Of a stretch of DNA of 64,000 bases, positions 35,576-45,137 are shown piece by piece. This DNA is from an uncultured Eubacteriales bacterium (lineage in GTDB: Bacteria; Bacillota; Clostridia; Christensenellales; Aristaeellaceae), in assembly GCA_902790015.1 (NCBI GenBank), contig CADAQF010000008.1, positions 13,920 to 77,919 of the forward strand, given 5' to 3'. How positions within the stretch are numbered: the stretch's first letter is position 1; every line of letters starts with the position of its first letter. The notes under the pieces were generated by a model that was not told where the DNA came from, ran no database searches, and worked only from the letters and a program-made list of their open reading frames with translations. The translations under genes were made by a program, and so were the position numbers.

Positions 35576-36676
35576 ATGATCTTGTATGTTCTCCTGGCGC
35601 TGCTCATGCTGGGTATCCTGATCACCGTGCATGAGTGGGGCCATTTTGCCGCCGCCCGTCTGACCGGCATCCCCGTGCGGGAATTCGCCATCGGCTTTGG
35701 GCCCGGGATCGCCAAATGGAAAAGCAAAAAGCATGAGACGGAGTTTGCCCTCAGGGCTATCCCCGCCGGCGGCTACTGCGCCTTCTACGGGGAAAACAGC
35801 CCGGACGAAAAGGCCGACGAGGATCCCCGCGCCATGCGGGGCTTCCCGGTGTGGAAAAGGCTCATCGTCGTGCTGGCAGGCCCCTTCATGAACTTCGTGC
35901 TGGCCTTCACGGTGGCGTTTTTCTTTTACTGGGCTTCCGGCATCCCCACCGCCACGGAGTTCGGCTACATGACGGTGGACAGTGTGACCGCCGGCTCCGC
36001 CGCCGAAGAGGCCGGGCTCAAGATCGGAGACGTCATCTTTTCGGTAAACGGGGAGGATGCCGCGGGCGTCGCCGCCGACGGGACCACCTACAGGCTGATC
36101 GAGCTCACCAACCGCTATCAGGCCGGAGACGCCCCGCTTGCCCTTTCCGTAAAGCGCGGGGAGGAAACATTGTCCTTATCCGTGACCCCGGCCTATTCCC
36201 AGGCGGAGGGCAGGATGCTGATGGGCATCTCCATCCGGCCCGAGGTGCTTAAGGAAACTGTTGTCCGCCTGACCCTGCCGCAGGCCGCCTCCTACGCCTT
36301 TGACCTGTGCGTGCGCGAAGGAAAGGCCATCGCCGAATCGCTCTACCAGATGATCCACACCGGTCAGAATTTAGACCAGATGTCCGGCACGGTGGGCGTC
36401 ATCCGCATCGTGGCGGAAACCACGCGGGATTATCAGCTGGAGGGTTTTTTGTCCCTCCTGGTCATGATCTCGGTCAACCTGGGGCTGGTCAACCTTTTGC
36501 CCATCCCGGGGCTGGACGGCAGCCAGGCGGTGCTCCTGGTGATCGAGGCCATCCGGCGCAAGCCGCTTTCCCGCAAGGTGGAAAGCTATATCACCATGGC
36601 CGGTTTCGCGCTGCTGATGACCCTGTTCGTCGTGCTGACGTATCAAGATATTTCAAATATTATCATGGGCAGATGA
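35576..36676 (+). CDS. rseP: RIP site-2 metalloprotease RseP/RasP
   Basis: ATG at 35576. HEWGHFAAARL HExxH motif in TM1, a central PDZ domain, C-terminal LGLVNLLPIPGLDG. Confidence 0.9.
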   Translation: MILYVLLALLMLGILITVHEWGHFAAARLTGIPVREFAIGFGPGIAKWKSKKHETEFALRAIPAGGYCAFYGENSPDEKADEDPRAMRGFPVWKRLIVVLAGPFMNFVLAFTVAFFFYWASGIPTATEFGYMTVDSVTAGSAAEEAGLKIGDVIFSVNGEDAAGVAADGTTYRLIELTNRYQAGDAPLALSVKRGEETLSLSVTPAYSQAEGRMLMGISIRPEVLKETVVRLTLPQAASYAFDLCVREGKAIAESLYQMIHTGQNLDQMSGTVGVIRIVAETTRDYQLEGFLSLLVMISVNLGLVNLLPIPGLDGSQAVLLVIEAIRRKPLSRKVESYITMAGFALLMTLFVVLTYQDISNIIMGR

Positions 36677-36743
36677 TCGGCAGCTTTTCTGCCTTCCAAT
36701 GATATGTTCCTATGCCAAACCCGACAATCCATAAGGTGGTACG

Positions 36744-37760
36744 ATGTCCGATATCAGTCATCCTTCCATTCCGGATATTTATACAGAAATTCGTGAGACG
36801 CTGCTCACATCCCGCAGGAAGGCGTATACTGCGGTGAACTTTGCCATGGTGCAGGCATATTGGCAGATCGGCCGCATCATCGTGGAGCATGAGCAGAACG
36901 GCAGCTTACGCGCGGAATACGGCAAAGGAGTTCTTCGGGATGTTTCGGAAAGGCTGACCGAAGAATTTGGTAAAGGCTTTGATATACGGAATCTGCGGAA
37001 CATGCGTTCATTTTATACAGCCTTTCCAAATCGGAACGCACTGCGTACCGAATTGACCTGGACGCATTACAGAACTCTTCTTCAGGTAGAAAATCCTGAT
37101 GCGCGAAGCTGGTACATGGAAGAGTCAGTACGGGCCGGATGGTCGAGTCGTCAGTTGGAAAGACAGATTGCAACGATGTACTATGACCGTCTGTTGGCCA
37201 GCAGAGATCAGATGCCGGTAATCCAGGAGGCGGAGAAAAAACTCCTGCCGATGAAAGCGGAAAGTTTCATCAAAGATCCCTATGTTTTGGAATTTTTGGA
37301 TTTGAAGAATTATCCTGCGCTGCGGGAATCAGATCTGGAACAGGCGCTGATTGATAGATTACAGGGCTTTCTGCTGGAACTTGGACGCGGTTTTTGCTTT
37401 GTTGCCCGGCAAAAGCTGATGCGGTTTGAGAATGAGGATTTTTATCTTGATCTTGTGTTCTATCACAGCGTTCTCAAGTGTTATGTACTGATTGATCTGA
37501 AGATCGGCAAATTAACCCACGGCGATGTTGGACAGATGGACAGCTATATCCGAATGTTTGACGCATTGTACAAAAATCTTGATGACAATCCGACAATAGG
37601 GATTATTCTCTGTTCTCAGAAAAACGAAGCCATTGTCCGGTATTCTGTGCTGAATGAAGCGAAACAGATATTTGCCTCGCGGTATCAATTGACCCTGCCA
37701 ACGGCAGAAGAATTACAGCGGGAAATCGAAAAGGAACGGCGGGCGATCGAGGAAGGATAA
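36744..37760 (+). CDS. PD-(D/E)xK nuclease domain protein, DUF1016/YhcG family
   Basis: 338 aa. N-terminal helical domain (YWQIGRIIVE...NLRNMRSFY...WTHYRTLL) and a C-terminal nuclease core ...DFYLDLVFYHSVLKCYVLIDLKIGKLTHGDVGQM (D...D-L-K). GC is clearly below the flanks. Confidence 0.85.
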   Translation: MSDISHPSIPDIYTEIRETLLTSRRKAYTAVNFAMVQAYWQIGRIIVEHEQNGSLRAEYGKGVLRDVSERLTEEFGKGFDIRNLRNMRSFYTAFPNRNALRTELTWTHYRTLLQVENPDARSWYMEESVRAGWSSRQLERQIATMYYDRLLASRDQMPVIQEAEKKLLPMKAESFIKDPYVLEFLDLKNYPALRESDLEQALIDRLQGFLLELGRGFCFVARQKLMRFENEDFYLDLVFYHSVLKCYVLIDLKIGKLTHGDVGQMDSYIRMFDALYKNLDDNPTIGIILCSQKNEAIVRYSVLNEAKQIFASRYQLTLPTAEELQREIEKERRAIEEG

Positions 37761-37884
37761 GAGATAGCCCTTGCCAGACTTCAGAGGATCTTCATGAAGC
37801 CGGCTATGCTCGTGTTGCTATATGTATTTAAGGGCTGAGAGATTCGTAGCATAGTTCTGTAAAAAACCATGGGAAGGATTTATA

Positions 37885-38799
37885 ATGAAGATGGGACAGG
37901 GAAATGGACACGAATTGGTTCCGTTTTCGACTGTGGAGACAGTTTCCGATCCTGATTACGAGTATGGCAATTTCGGGTTCAAAGATGAAAACGGGAATAT
38001 CGTGATAGAGCCAAAATATGTTTCTTGTATTGGGTTTTCATATGGTCTTTGTCCTGTGGCGATTCATGCTAATGATTATGAAAATGGATCAAATCCTTAT
38101 GATGATTTACGTTGGGGTTATATTGGTGAAACCGGCACCACAGTGATTCCATTCAGATATCGGCAAGCCAGTATTTTCAATAAATACGGAATAGCAGTCG
38201 TACAGGATGAATACGGTGAGAATTCTTATCTGATCAATAGGAAAGGCAAAGCTGTTTTCCGTGAAAACAATCTGGATTTTTGTCCGTGCTATGATGCTGA
38301 TGACCGGTTTCTGGAGTTCTCTGCAGGGAAATACTATGATGCTGATTTTAATATCGGAGCATATGATACAAAACTAAGGAGGATACTTCTTGAACCGGTT
38401 ACTGATGGTATCATTGAATGGTCGGAAGATGAAGTAGAAGTTTATGAAAAAGGCAAGGCAAATTTCGAAGCTGATTTCAGGCAGCACTATATCAACAGCA
38501 GAGGCGAAGAACTGTATCCGGGCCTTGCTGGAAAAGGATTCAATATCGTAGAGAGGCCTAATGCATCCGGGTATGTGATCATTTGCTTTTTCCAGTGGGA
38601 AGAAATAAGCGAGCCATGCGGATCGTCTTATTTTCTGAATCTGAAAGATAACAAGAAATATCATCGCATAGAACATTATGGTGTTGCCAATCTGCAGGGA
38701 GAACTGGTTATTCCTGCGGAGTATGACAAAATAATGGATAACAAAGACGGCTCGTTCCTGTGCGTCAAAGAGGATCAGGAAACAAAAATTATATTGTAA
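37885..38799 (+). CDS. WG-repeat (KWG-type beta-strand repeat) protein, no signal peptide
   Basis: 304 aa. Repeated units such as FKDENGNIVIEPKY, WGYIGETGTTVIPFRYRQASIFNKYGIAVV, YLINRKGKAVF, HYINSRGEELYP and GVANLQGELVIPAEYDKI. A 60-nt sample (38221-38280) has 20 G+C. Confidence 0.8.
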   Translation: MKMGQGNGHELVPFSTVETVSDPDYEYGNFGFKDENGNIVIEPKYVSCIGFSYGLCPVAIHANDYENGSNPYDDLRWGYIGETGTTVIPFRYRQASIFNKYGIAVVQDEYGENSYLINRKGKAVFRENNLDFCPCYDADDRFLEFSAGKYYDADFNIGAYDTKLRRILLEPVTDGIIEWSEDEVEVYEKGKANFEADFRQHYINSRGEELYPGLAGKGFNIVERPNASGYVIICFFQWEEISEPCGSSYFLNLKDNKKYHRIEHYGVANLQGELVIPAEYDKIMDNKDGSFLCVKEDQETKIIL

Positions 38800-38906
38800 A
38801 TGACTTATTCGGTCGGATCCGACTCGGATGAAACCAAGTAAAGCAAACGCAACCAGGATAAGTGAACCCCGGGTGTGGACAGGATCAGCACGGAGGATAA
38901 AAGCAA

Positions 38907-39995
38907 ATGAAAAAATCAGTATTTGCCGGCTCCCTCCCCATCGGGGGAGACGCGCCGGTATCCGTTCAGTCCATGACCAATACCCGCACAGAGGACGTGC
39001 CCGCTACCCTGGCCCAGATCAGGGCGCTGGCCAAAGCGGGCTGTCAGCTGGTGCGCGTTTCGGTCTATAACGAGGACTGCGTCCGCGCCGTGCGGGAGCT
39101 TAAGGATAAAAGCCCCGTGCCACTGTGCGCCGACATCCATTTTGACTACCGCCTGGCCATCGGCGCCGCCGAAAACGGCATAGACAAGGTGCGCATCAAC
39201 CCCGGCAACATAGGCGGGCAGGATAAGGTGCGCCTGGTGGCGGACTGTCTGAAGGCCCACCATATCCCCGTGCGCATCGGGGTGAACGCCGGCTCTCTGG
39301 AAAAGGATATTCTGAACAGATACGGCGGCGTGACGCCGCAGGGCCTGTGCGACAGCGCCCTGGGGCACGCGAGGCTGCTTGAAAAATGCGGGTTTGACGA
39401 TATCGTCATCTCCCTTAAGTGCAGCGACGTGGCCCTGTCCGTGGCCGCCTGCCGGCTGCTTGACAAAGCCTCCGGCTATCCCCAGCACATCGGCATGACC
39501 GAGGCCGGCCTTCCCGGCAGCGGCACCATCAAATCGGCCATAGGCATAGGCGCCCTGCTGCTGGACGGCATCGGGAATACCGTGCGCGTGTCCCTTACCG
39601 GCGACCCGGTCAGGGAGGTTTACGCCGCACTGGACATTCTGAAAGCAGTAGGTCTGCGGGGCGGCATCCGCTTCACCTCCTGTCCCACCTGCGGCAGGAC
39701 CCGCATCGACGTGGAATCCATCGCCAGGAGGCTGGAAAAGGAATTCGGCGCGTCGGACAGAGACCTGTCCGTGGCGGTAATGGGCTGCGTGGTGAACGGC
39801 CCCGGCGAGGCCAGGGACAAGGATATCGCCCTGTGCGGAGGCGACGGCGTGGGCGCGCTGTTTAAAAAGGGCGTGTTCATCCGCAGGCTCGAGGGAAACC
39901 TGGAAGAAGAAATGATCAAGGCGGTAAGGGAAGAACTGGAGCATGACCAAATCGGAAGTACTGGAGAAGATCGGCCGCAAGGCGCCCCGGCTTAA
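38907..39995 (+). CDS. ispG: 4-hydroxy-3-methylbut-2-en-1-yl diphosphate synthase (flavodoxin)
   Basis: PIGGDAPVSVQSMTNT, VRVSV, RINPGNIG, FTSCPTCGRT...MGCVVNGPGEA cluster ligands. Confidence 0.95.
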   Translation: MKKSVFAGSLPIGGDAPVSVQSMTNTRTEDVPATLAQIRALAKAGCQLVRVSVYNEDCVRAVRELKDKSPVPLCADIHFDYRLAIGAAENGIDKVRINPGNIGGQDKVRLVADCLKAHHIPVRIGVNAGSLEKDILNRYGGVTPQGLCDSALGHARLLEKCGFDDIVISLKCSDVALSVAACRLLDKASGYPQHIGMTEAGLPGSGTIKSAIGIGALLLDGIGNTVRVSLTGDPVREVYAALDILKAVGLRGGIRFTSCPTCGRTRIDVESIARRLEKEFGASDRDLSVAVMGCVVNGPGEARDKDIALCGGDGVGALFKKGVFIRRLEGNLEEEMIKAVREELEHDQIGSTGEDRPQGAPA

Positions 39996-42900
39996 GGAAA
40001 CGCTTTCCTTTGACAGGGTCTATTTCAACCGCGCTGAAAACCACGCGGTATTCAGCTTTTTGTCCTCCGCTCTCATAGGGCAGGAGGACTTCCGCCTGAT
40101 CAAGGCGGTGCTTTTTGAATGTTTCCCGGATATGCGGGTATCCGTGCGTGTGGCCTCCCCGGCGCTGGGCGGGGCCTTTTTGAGCGATCCTGCGCCTTTT
40201 CAGGAGCCCGTGATAGATTTCCTTTGCCGCCGCTACCCTATAGCCAACGGCTGGCGCAAATGGCTCAGGCTCGCGCCCAAAAACGGCCATATCGACCTGG
40301 AGACGACGGACGCCCTGTCCGCCTCGTTTCTGGGCAAGCCCGAGGTCAAGGAAGCCCTGGCCCAGGCGATCCGGGATATTTTCCGGGTGGATACGGAGGT
40401 CACCGTGTCCGTCCGGGGCGACGCCGAGGCGCTTTTGCAAAAGGAAATGACCCAGCGGGTCAAGGAAGACGAGCTACTTGCGCAGGCCAAGCCCGTCAGG
40501 GAGGAAGCGCCCAAACAGCGTTCCCGCCAGATCCGCGGCCGCGAGATCGCCACCGAGCCCGTGCCCATCACGGAAATCAACGCTGAAAGCGGCCGCGTCA
40601 CCGTCCGCGGCAAGGTGCTCAGCGTAGAGACCCGGGAATCCCGGGACGGAAGCCTGCTGATCCTCAACTTCGCCGTGACGGACCTGACCAGCAGCATCCG
40701 CTGTGTCGCCTTCCTGCGCTACCGCGCCTCCTTCCGCCGCGGTGCCCCCCAGGAGGAGGAAGCGCCCGTCACGCCGGAAGAAAAGCAGGCCGTGCAGGAT
40801 ATCGTTTCCCGCATCAAGCCGGGCCGCGGCATCCTCGTGCGCGGCAAGGCCCAGTATGACAATTTCCATAAGGAGGTCACCGTCACCGCCGACGATATCG
40901 CCGAGGCGGATCTTCCTGAGCGCATGGACGATGCGGAGGAAAAGCGCGTGGAGCTCCATCTGCACACCAATATGAGCACCATGGACGCCGTTTCCTCCGT
41001 CTCCGCCCTCATGGAGCGGGCGGCCAAATGGGGCCACAAGGCCGTCGCCGTGACGGACCACGGGGTCGTCCAGTCCTACCCGGAGGCCTTCGGAGCGGCG
41101 AAAAAATACAATATCAAGCTGATCCCCGGGGTGGAGGCCTATCTGACAGACGACGAAAGCATCGTGGAGGACGCGGACGATACCGCCCTGGACGAGCCGA
41201 TCATCGTACTGGACTTTGAAACCACCGGCCTCAATACCCGCAAGGACCGCATGATCGAGTTCGGCGGTGTCAAGCTGTCCCACGGCCAGGTGGTGGATTC
41301 CATCGACATCCTGGTGGATCCCGGCTTTCCTCTGCCGCAGAAGATCACTGAGCTCACCCATATCACCGACCAGATGCTGGCCGGCCAGCCCACCGCCGCC
41401 GAGGCCCTGCCCCGGATCATGAAGTTCATAGGCGACTGTCCCATCGCCGCGCATAACGCGAAGTTTGACTGCGCCATCCTGGCCAACGAGCTTAAGCGGG
41501 TGGGGCAAAGCTATAAGTGCCCGAAGCTGGATACCCTGTCCTTCGCGCGCAAGCTCTACCCGGAGATGAAATCCCACAAGCTGGGTTCGGTGTGCAAAAA
41601 GCTGGGCGTGTCGCTCAAGGACGCCCACCGCGCGGTCAACGACGCCATGGCGACCGCCCACTGCCTGGCCCGCATGCTGGACGAGGCGAAAAAGAAGGGC
41701 TGCCGCACTTTGGCGGACCTTAACGATATGTCCCATGAATGCACCCTGGGCTCCAGCACCCATATCGTGCTGCTGGCGGCCACGCAGAAGGGCGTGGAAA
41801 ACATCAACCACATCGTCTCCGAGTCCCATTTAAACTACTTCAAGCGCCGCCCCCTCGTGCCCAGGGCCATCCTGCAAAAATACCGCGAGGGGCTGATCGT
41901 GGGCTCGGCCTGTATCGAAGGGGAGCTCATGCAGGCGGTCGTCGACGGCGAAAGCGACGACCGGCTCAAAAAGATCGCCCGGTTTTATGATTACCTGGAG
42001 ATCCAGCCGACGGGCAACAACGCTTTCATGCTGCGCGAGGGCCGGGCCGAGGACGAAGAGACCCTGCGCGACTGGAACCGCAAGGTCGTATGGCTGGGGG
42101 AGACGCTGGGCATACCCGTCTGCGCCACCGGCGACGTTCATTTTCTCGACCCCGAGGACGCCGTTTTCCGCGCCATCATTCAGAACGCCCAGGGCTTCAA
42201 GGACTGTGACGACCAGCCGCCTTTGTATCTGAAGACCACAAAGGAAATGCTGGAGGACTTTGCCTATCTGGGCAGGGAAAAGGCCCGGGAGGTCGTCATC
42301 GTCAACCCCAACCGCATCGCAGACCGGGTGGAAAAGCTTTTCTGGCATATTCCCCATCCCGAAGGGAAGGAAACCTTCTCGCCCTTCTGGGAGGAGGCCG
42401 CCCACGACATTCAGACCATGAGCTGGAACACCGCCCATGAAATGTACGGGGACGACCTGCCGGAGATCATTCAGAAACGGCTCGAAAAGGAGCTCAATTC
42501 AATCATCGGCTACGGCTACGCCACGCTTTATTCCATTGCCAACAAGCTCGTGCAGAAATCCCTCAGGGACGGCTATCTGGTCGGCTCCCGCGGCAGCGTC
42601 GGCTCCTCCTTCGTGGCCTGCATGAGCGGCATCACCGAGGTCAACGCCCTGCCGCCCCATTACCGCTGCGCCAAATGCCGCAAAGGCTATTTCGATATTC
42701 CCAAGGGCTATACTGTCGGCGTCGACCTGCCCGACAAGAACTGTCCGGTCTGCGGCGAGCCGCTGCGCAAGGAGGGCTTCGATATCCCCTTTGAGGTCTT
42801 CCTGGGCTTCAAGGGAGACAAGGTGCCCGATATCGACCTTAACTTTTCCGGCGAATACCAGCCCCGCGCCCATGCCTACATCGAGGAGCTCTTCGGCAAG

Positions 42901-44253
42901 GGCTCGGTCTACCGCGCCGGCACCATCGGCACCCTGGCCGAAAAAACGGCCTACGGCTACGTCCTCAAATACCTGGAGGAGCGCGGCAAAACGGTGACGG
43001 ACGCCGAAAAGGACCGTCTGGCCGCCGGCTGCGTGGGCGTCAAGCGCACCACCGGCCAGCACCCAGGCGGCATCGTCGTGCTGCCCAAGAATTACGACAT
43101 CTGCCAGTTCACCGCCGTCCAGCATCCGGCGGACGACCTGGAGTGCGGCATCACCACCACCCATTTTGATTTCAACTCCATGCACGACGTCCTGGTCAAG
43201 CTGGACTGTCTGGGCCACGACGACCCGACCATGATGCACATGCTGGGCGAGCTGACCGGGGTCGATTACAAGACCATCCCCCTGGACGACAAGAAGGTCA
43301 TGAGCCTTTTTTCCTCCCCCGAGGCCCTGGGCGTCACGCAGCAGGATATCGACTGCACCACCGGCACTCTGGGCGTGCCCGAGTTCGGCACCCCCTTCGT
43401 GCGCGGCATGCTGGACGAGACCCATCCCACCACCATGGAGGAGCTCATCCGCATCTCCGGCCTCTCCCACGGCACGGACGTGTGGCTGGGCAACGCCCAC
43501 GACCTGATCCTGAACGGCACCGCCCATCTGAAGGACTGCATCTGCACCCGAGACGACATCATGAACGCCCTGATCGGCTACGGGGTGGAAAGCAAGATGT
43601 CCTTCACCACCATGGAGTCCGTCCGGAAGGGAAAGGGCCTCAAGCCCGAAATGGAACAGGCCATGGTCGAGCATCACGTCCCCGCCTGGTTCATCGACAG
43701 CTGCAAGAAAATCAAGTATATGTTCCCCAAAGGCCACGCCGTGGCGTACGTGACCATGGCCCTCAGGGTGGCGTGGTATAAGGTCTATTATCCCCAGGCC
43801 TATTACAGCGCCTATTTTACCATCCGGGGCGACGGCTTCGACGCCTGCACCATGCTTCTGCCGCTCGACCAGCTGAACGCCCGCATCAGCGAGTTCCGTG
43901 TGCTGGACCAGGAAAAAAAGCTCTCCGCCAAGGAGCAGACGGAAATCACCGCCATGGAGATGGTGCGGGAAATGATGGCCCGGGGCTATCATTTCCTGCC
44001 GGCTGATCTGTATAAATCCGACGCCGTCCGCTTCCTGCCCGAGGGCGACAGGGACCTGCGCGTACCCTTCACCGCCCTGGGCGGGCTGGGCCTGTCCGCC
44101 GCCGAAAGCATCGTCGAGGCCAGGAAGCAGCCCTTTGTTTCCGTGGAGGACCTTAAAAACCGCGGCAAGGTTTCAAGCGCCGTCATAGAGCTTCTTCGCG
44201 GACAGGGCTGTCTGAATCACCTGAGCGAAACCAGCCAGGTCTCCATGTTCTGA
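39943..44253 (+). CDS. polC: DNA polymerase III PolC-type (Gram-positive alpha subunit with built-in exonuclease)
   Basis: 1436 aa. PHP VELHLHTNMSTMD, exonuclease IVLDFETTGL...HNAKFDCAIL..AHRAVNDA, zinc-finger CAKC...CPVCG, polymerase core GGIVVLP. Overlaps the ispG 3' end by 53 nt. Confidence 0.95.
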   Translation: MTKSEVLEKIGRKAPRLKETLSFDRVYFNRAENHAVFSFLSSALIGQEDFRLIKAVLFECFPDMRVSVRVASPALGGAFLSDPAPFQEPVIDFLCRRYPIANGWRKWLRLAPKNGHIDLETTDALSASFLGKPEVKEALAQAIRDIFRVDTEVTVSVRGDAEALLQKEMTQRVKEDELLAQAKPVREEAPKQRSRQIRGREIATEPVPITEINAESGRVTVRGKVLSVETRESRDGSLLILNFAVTDLTSSIRCVAFLRYRASFRRGAPQEEEAPVTPEEKQAVQDIVSRIKPGRGILVRGKAQYDNFHKEVTVTADDIAEADLPERMDDAEEKRVELHLHTNMSTMDAVSSVSALMERAAKWGHKAVAVTDHGVVQSYPEAFGAAKKYNIKLIPGVEAYLTDDESIVEDADDTALDEPIIVLDFETTGLNTRKDRMIEFGGVKLSHGQVVDSIDILVDPGFPLPQKITELTHITDQMLAGQPTAAEALPRIMKFIGDCPIAAHNAKFDCAILANELKRVGQSYKCPKLDTLSFARKLYPEMKSHKLGSVCKKLGVSLKDAHRAVNDAMATAHCLARMLDEAKKKGCRTLADLNDMSHECTLGSSTHIVLLAATQKGVENINHIVSESHLNYFKRRPLVPRAILQKYREGLIVGSACIEGELMQAVVDGESDDRLKKIARFYDYLEIQPTGNNAFMLREGRAEDEETLRDWNRKVVWLGETLGIPVCATGDVHFLDPEDAVFRAIIQNAQGFKDCDDQPPLYLKTTKEMLEDFAYLGREKAREVVIVNPNRIADRVEKLFWHIPHPEGKETFSPFWEEAAHDIQTMSWNTAHEMYGDDLPEIIQKRLEKELNSIIGYGYATLYSIANKLVQKSLRDGYLVGSRGSVGSSFVACMSGITEVNALPPHYRCAKCRKGYFDIPKGYTVGVDLPDKNCPVCGEPLRKEGFDIPFEVFLGFKGDKVPDIDLNFSGEYQPRAHAYIEELFGKGSVYRAGTIGTLAEKTAYGYVLKYLEERGKTVTDAEKDRLAAGCVGVKRTTGQHPGGIVVLPKNYDICQFTAVQHPADDLECGITTTHFDFNSMHDVLVKLDCLGHDDPTMMHMLGELTGVDYKTIPLDDKKVMSLFSSPEALGVTQQDIDCTTGTLGVPEFGTPFVRGMLDETHPTTMEELIRISGLSHGTDVWLGNAHDLILNGTAHLKDCICTRDDIMNALIGYGVESKMSFTTMESVRKGKGLKPEMEQAMVEHHVPAWFIDSCKKIKYMFPKGHAVAYVTMALRVAWYKVYYPQAYYSAYFTIRGDGFDACTMLLPLDQLNARISEFRVLDQEKKLSAKEQTEITAMEMVREMMARGYHFLPADLYKSDAVRFLPEGDRDLRVPFTALGGLGLSAAESIVEARKQPFVSVEDLKNRGKVSSAVIELLRGQGCLNHLSETSQVSMF

Positions 44254-44371
44254 AACGGGAAAGGATCATAAGCCTGCCGCCCGGCGCCCTGAAACGGGAG
44301 CAGCAGGCCTTCCCACGGCCGCGAAAAGCACATTTTTTTGCGTTTTACCCCTCAAAACCCGAAGAAAACGC

Positions 44372-44400
44372 TTGTAATCGGGAAAAGGTTATGGTATACT
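44372..44400 (+). promoter_or_regulatory. candidate promoter of the rimP-nusA-infB operon
   Basis: TTGTAA, 17 nt, TATACT. Confidence 0.5.
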
Positions 44401-44510
44401 TCTCATGTTTCCGGCGTTTCAAGGATCGGATCAGAAAGAGGGTTTTAACGAAGAGTGGAAGCTGCTGTGTTTGGGATGCATACGCTCTGTCGGTGTATCA
44501 TTCCATCCGT

Positions 44511-44548
44511 GGCGGAACAGGTCCGCTCTTTTTTTCTGTAAAAAGAGG
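44511..44548 (+). promoter_or_regulatory. leader hairpin(s) with U-tract upstream of rimP (possible attenuator)
   Basis: GCGGA acagg TCCGC followed by TCTTTTTTTCTG. Overlapping alternative CTCTTTTT ttctgt AAAAAGAG reaches into the RBS. Confidence 0.35.
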
Positions 44549-44553
44549 GTCGT

Positions 44554-45096
44554 ATGGCGCAAAAGCAATCGTTTGTCAAAATCATTCAGCCCCAGCTGGA
44601 AAAGCTCGCGCAGAGCATGGGCCTTTCCCTGTACGACGTCTCCCTGGACCGGGAGCCCGCCGGCCTTTACCTGCGCATCTATCTTGACGCCGAGGGCGGC
44701 CTTACGCTGGATCAGTGCGAAGCCTATCACCGTGCCGTCCAGCCCCGGGTCGAAAAATACGATTACGACTTCCTGGAGGTCGGCTCCCCGGGGATCGACC
44801 GCCCGGTCCGCACCGAAAAGGACATTGAGCGCGCCCTGAACACCACGGTCTCCGTTCACCTGTTCAAGGCGGTGGACGGCCGGAAGGACTTTGAAGGGAC
44901 GCTCCTTCAGATGGACGGGGACGCGGTCCGGATCAGCGAAAACGGGCAGGAGCTCTCTTTTTCCCGAAAGCTCGTGTCCCTGGTCCGCATGGTGCCCGAC
45001 CTGAGCGCCCTGGAGGACGAAAGCGCCGACGCCGTGGAAATACTGGACTCCCCCTTAAGCGACGCGCCTTATACTTCAGATGAACCGGAAGCCTGA
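44554..45096 (+). CDS. rimP: ribosome maturation factor RimP
   Basis: 180 aa. ...MGLSLYDVSLDREPAGLYLRIYLD...LDQCEAYHRAV...YDFLEVGSPGIDRPV. Confidence 0.9.
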   Translation: MAQKQSFVKIIQPQLEKLAQSMGLSLYDVSLDREPAGLYLRIYLDAEGGLTLDQCEAYHRAVQPRVEKYDYDFLEVGSPGIDRPVRTEKDIERALNTTVSVHLFKAVDGRKDFEGTLLQMDGDAVRISENGQELSFSRKLVSLVRMVPDLSALEDESADAVEILDSPLSDAPYTSDEPEA

Positions 45097-45137
45097 GCGC
45101 TTCCTCCCCATACAGCGACTACGGAAGGACGATGAAA

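Noticed and set aside
39943-39995. The 53-nt overlap between ispG and polC as a sign of a frameshift or pseudogene.
   Set aside because: Both proteins are full length with all catalytic motifs. The polC ATG at 39943 gives a normal N-terminus and there is no alternative in-frame start nearby. The overlap is therefore accepted as real, or ispG simply has a slightly long tail.
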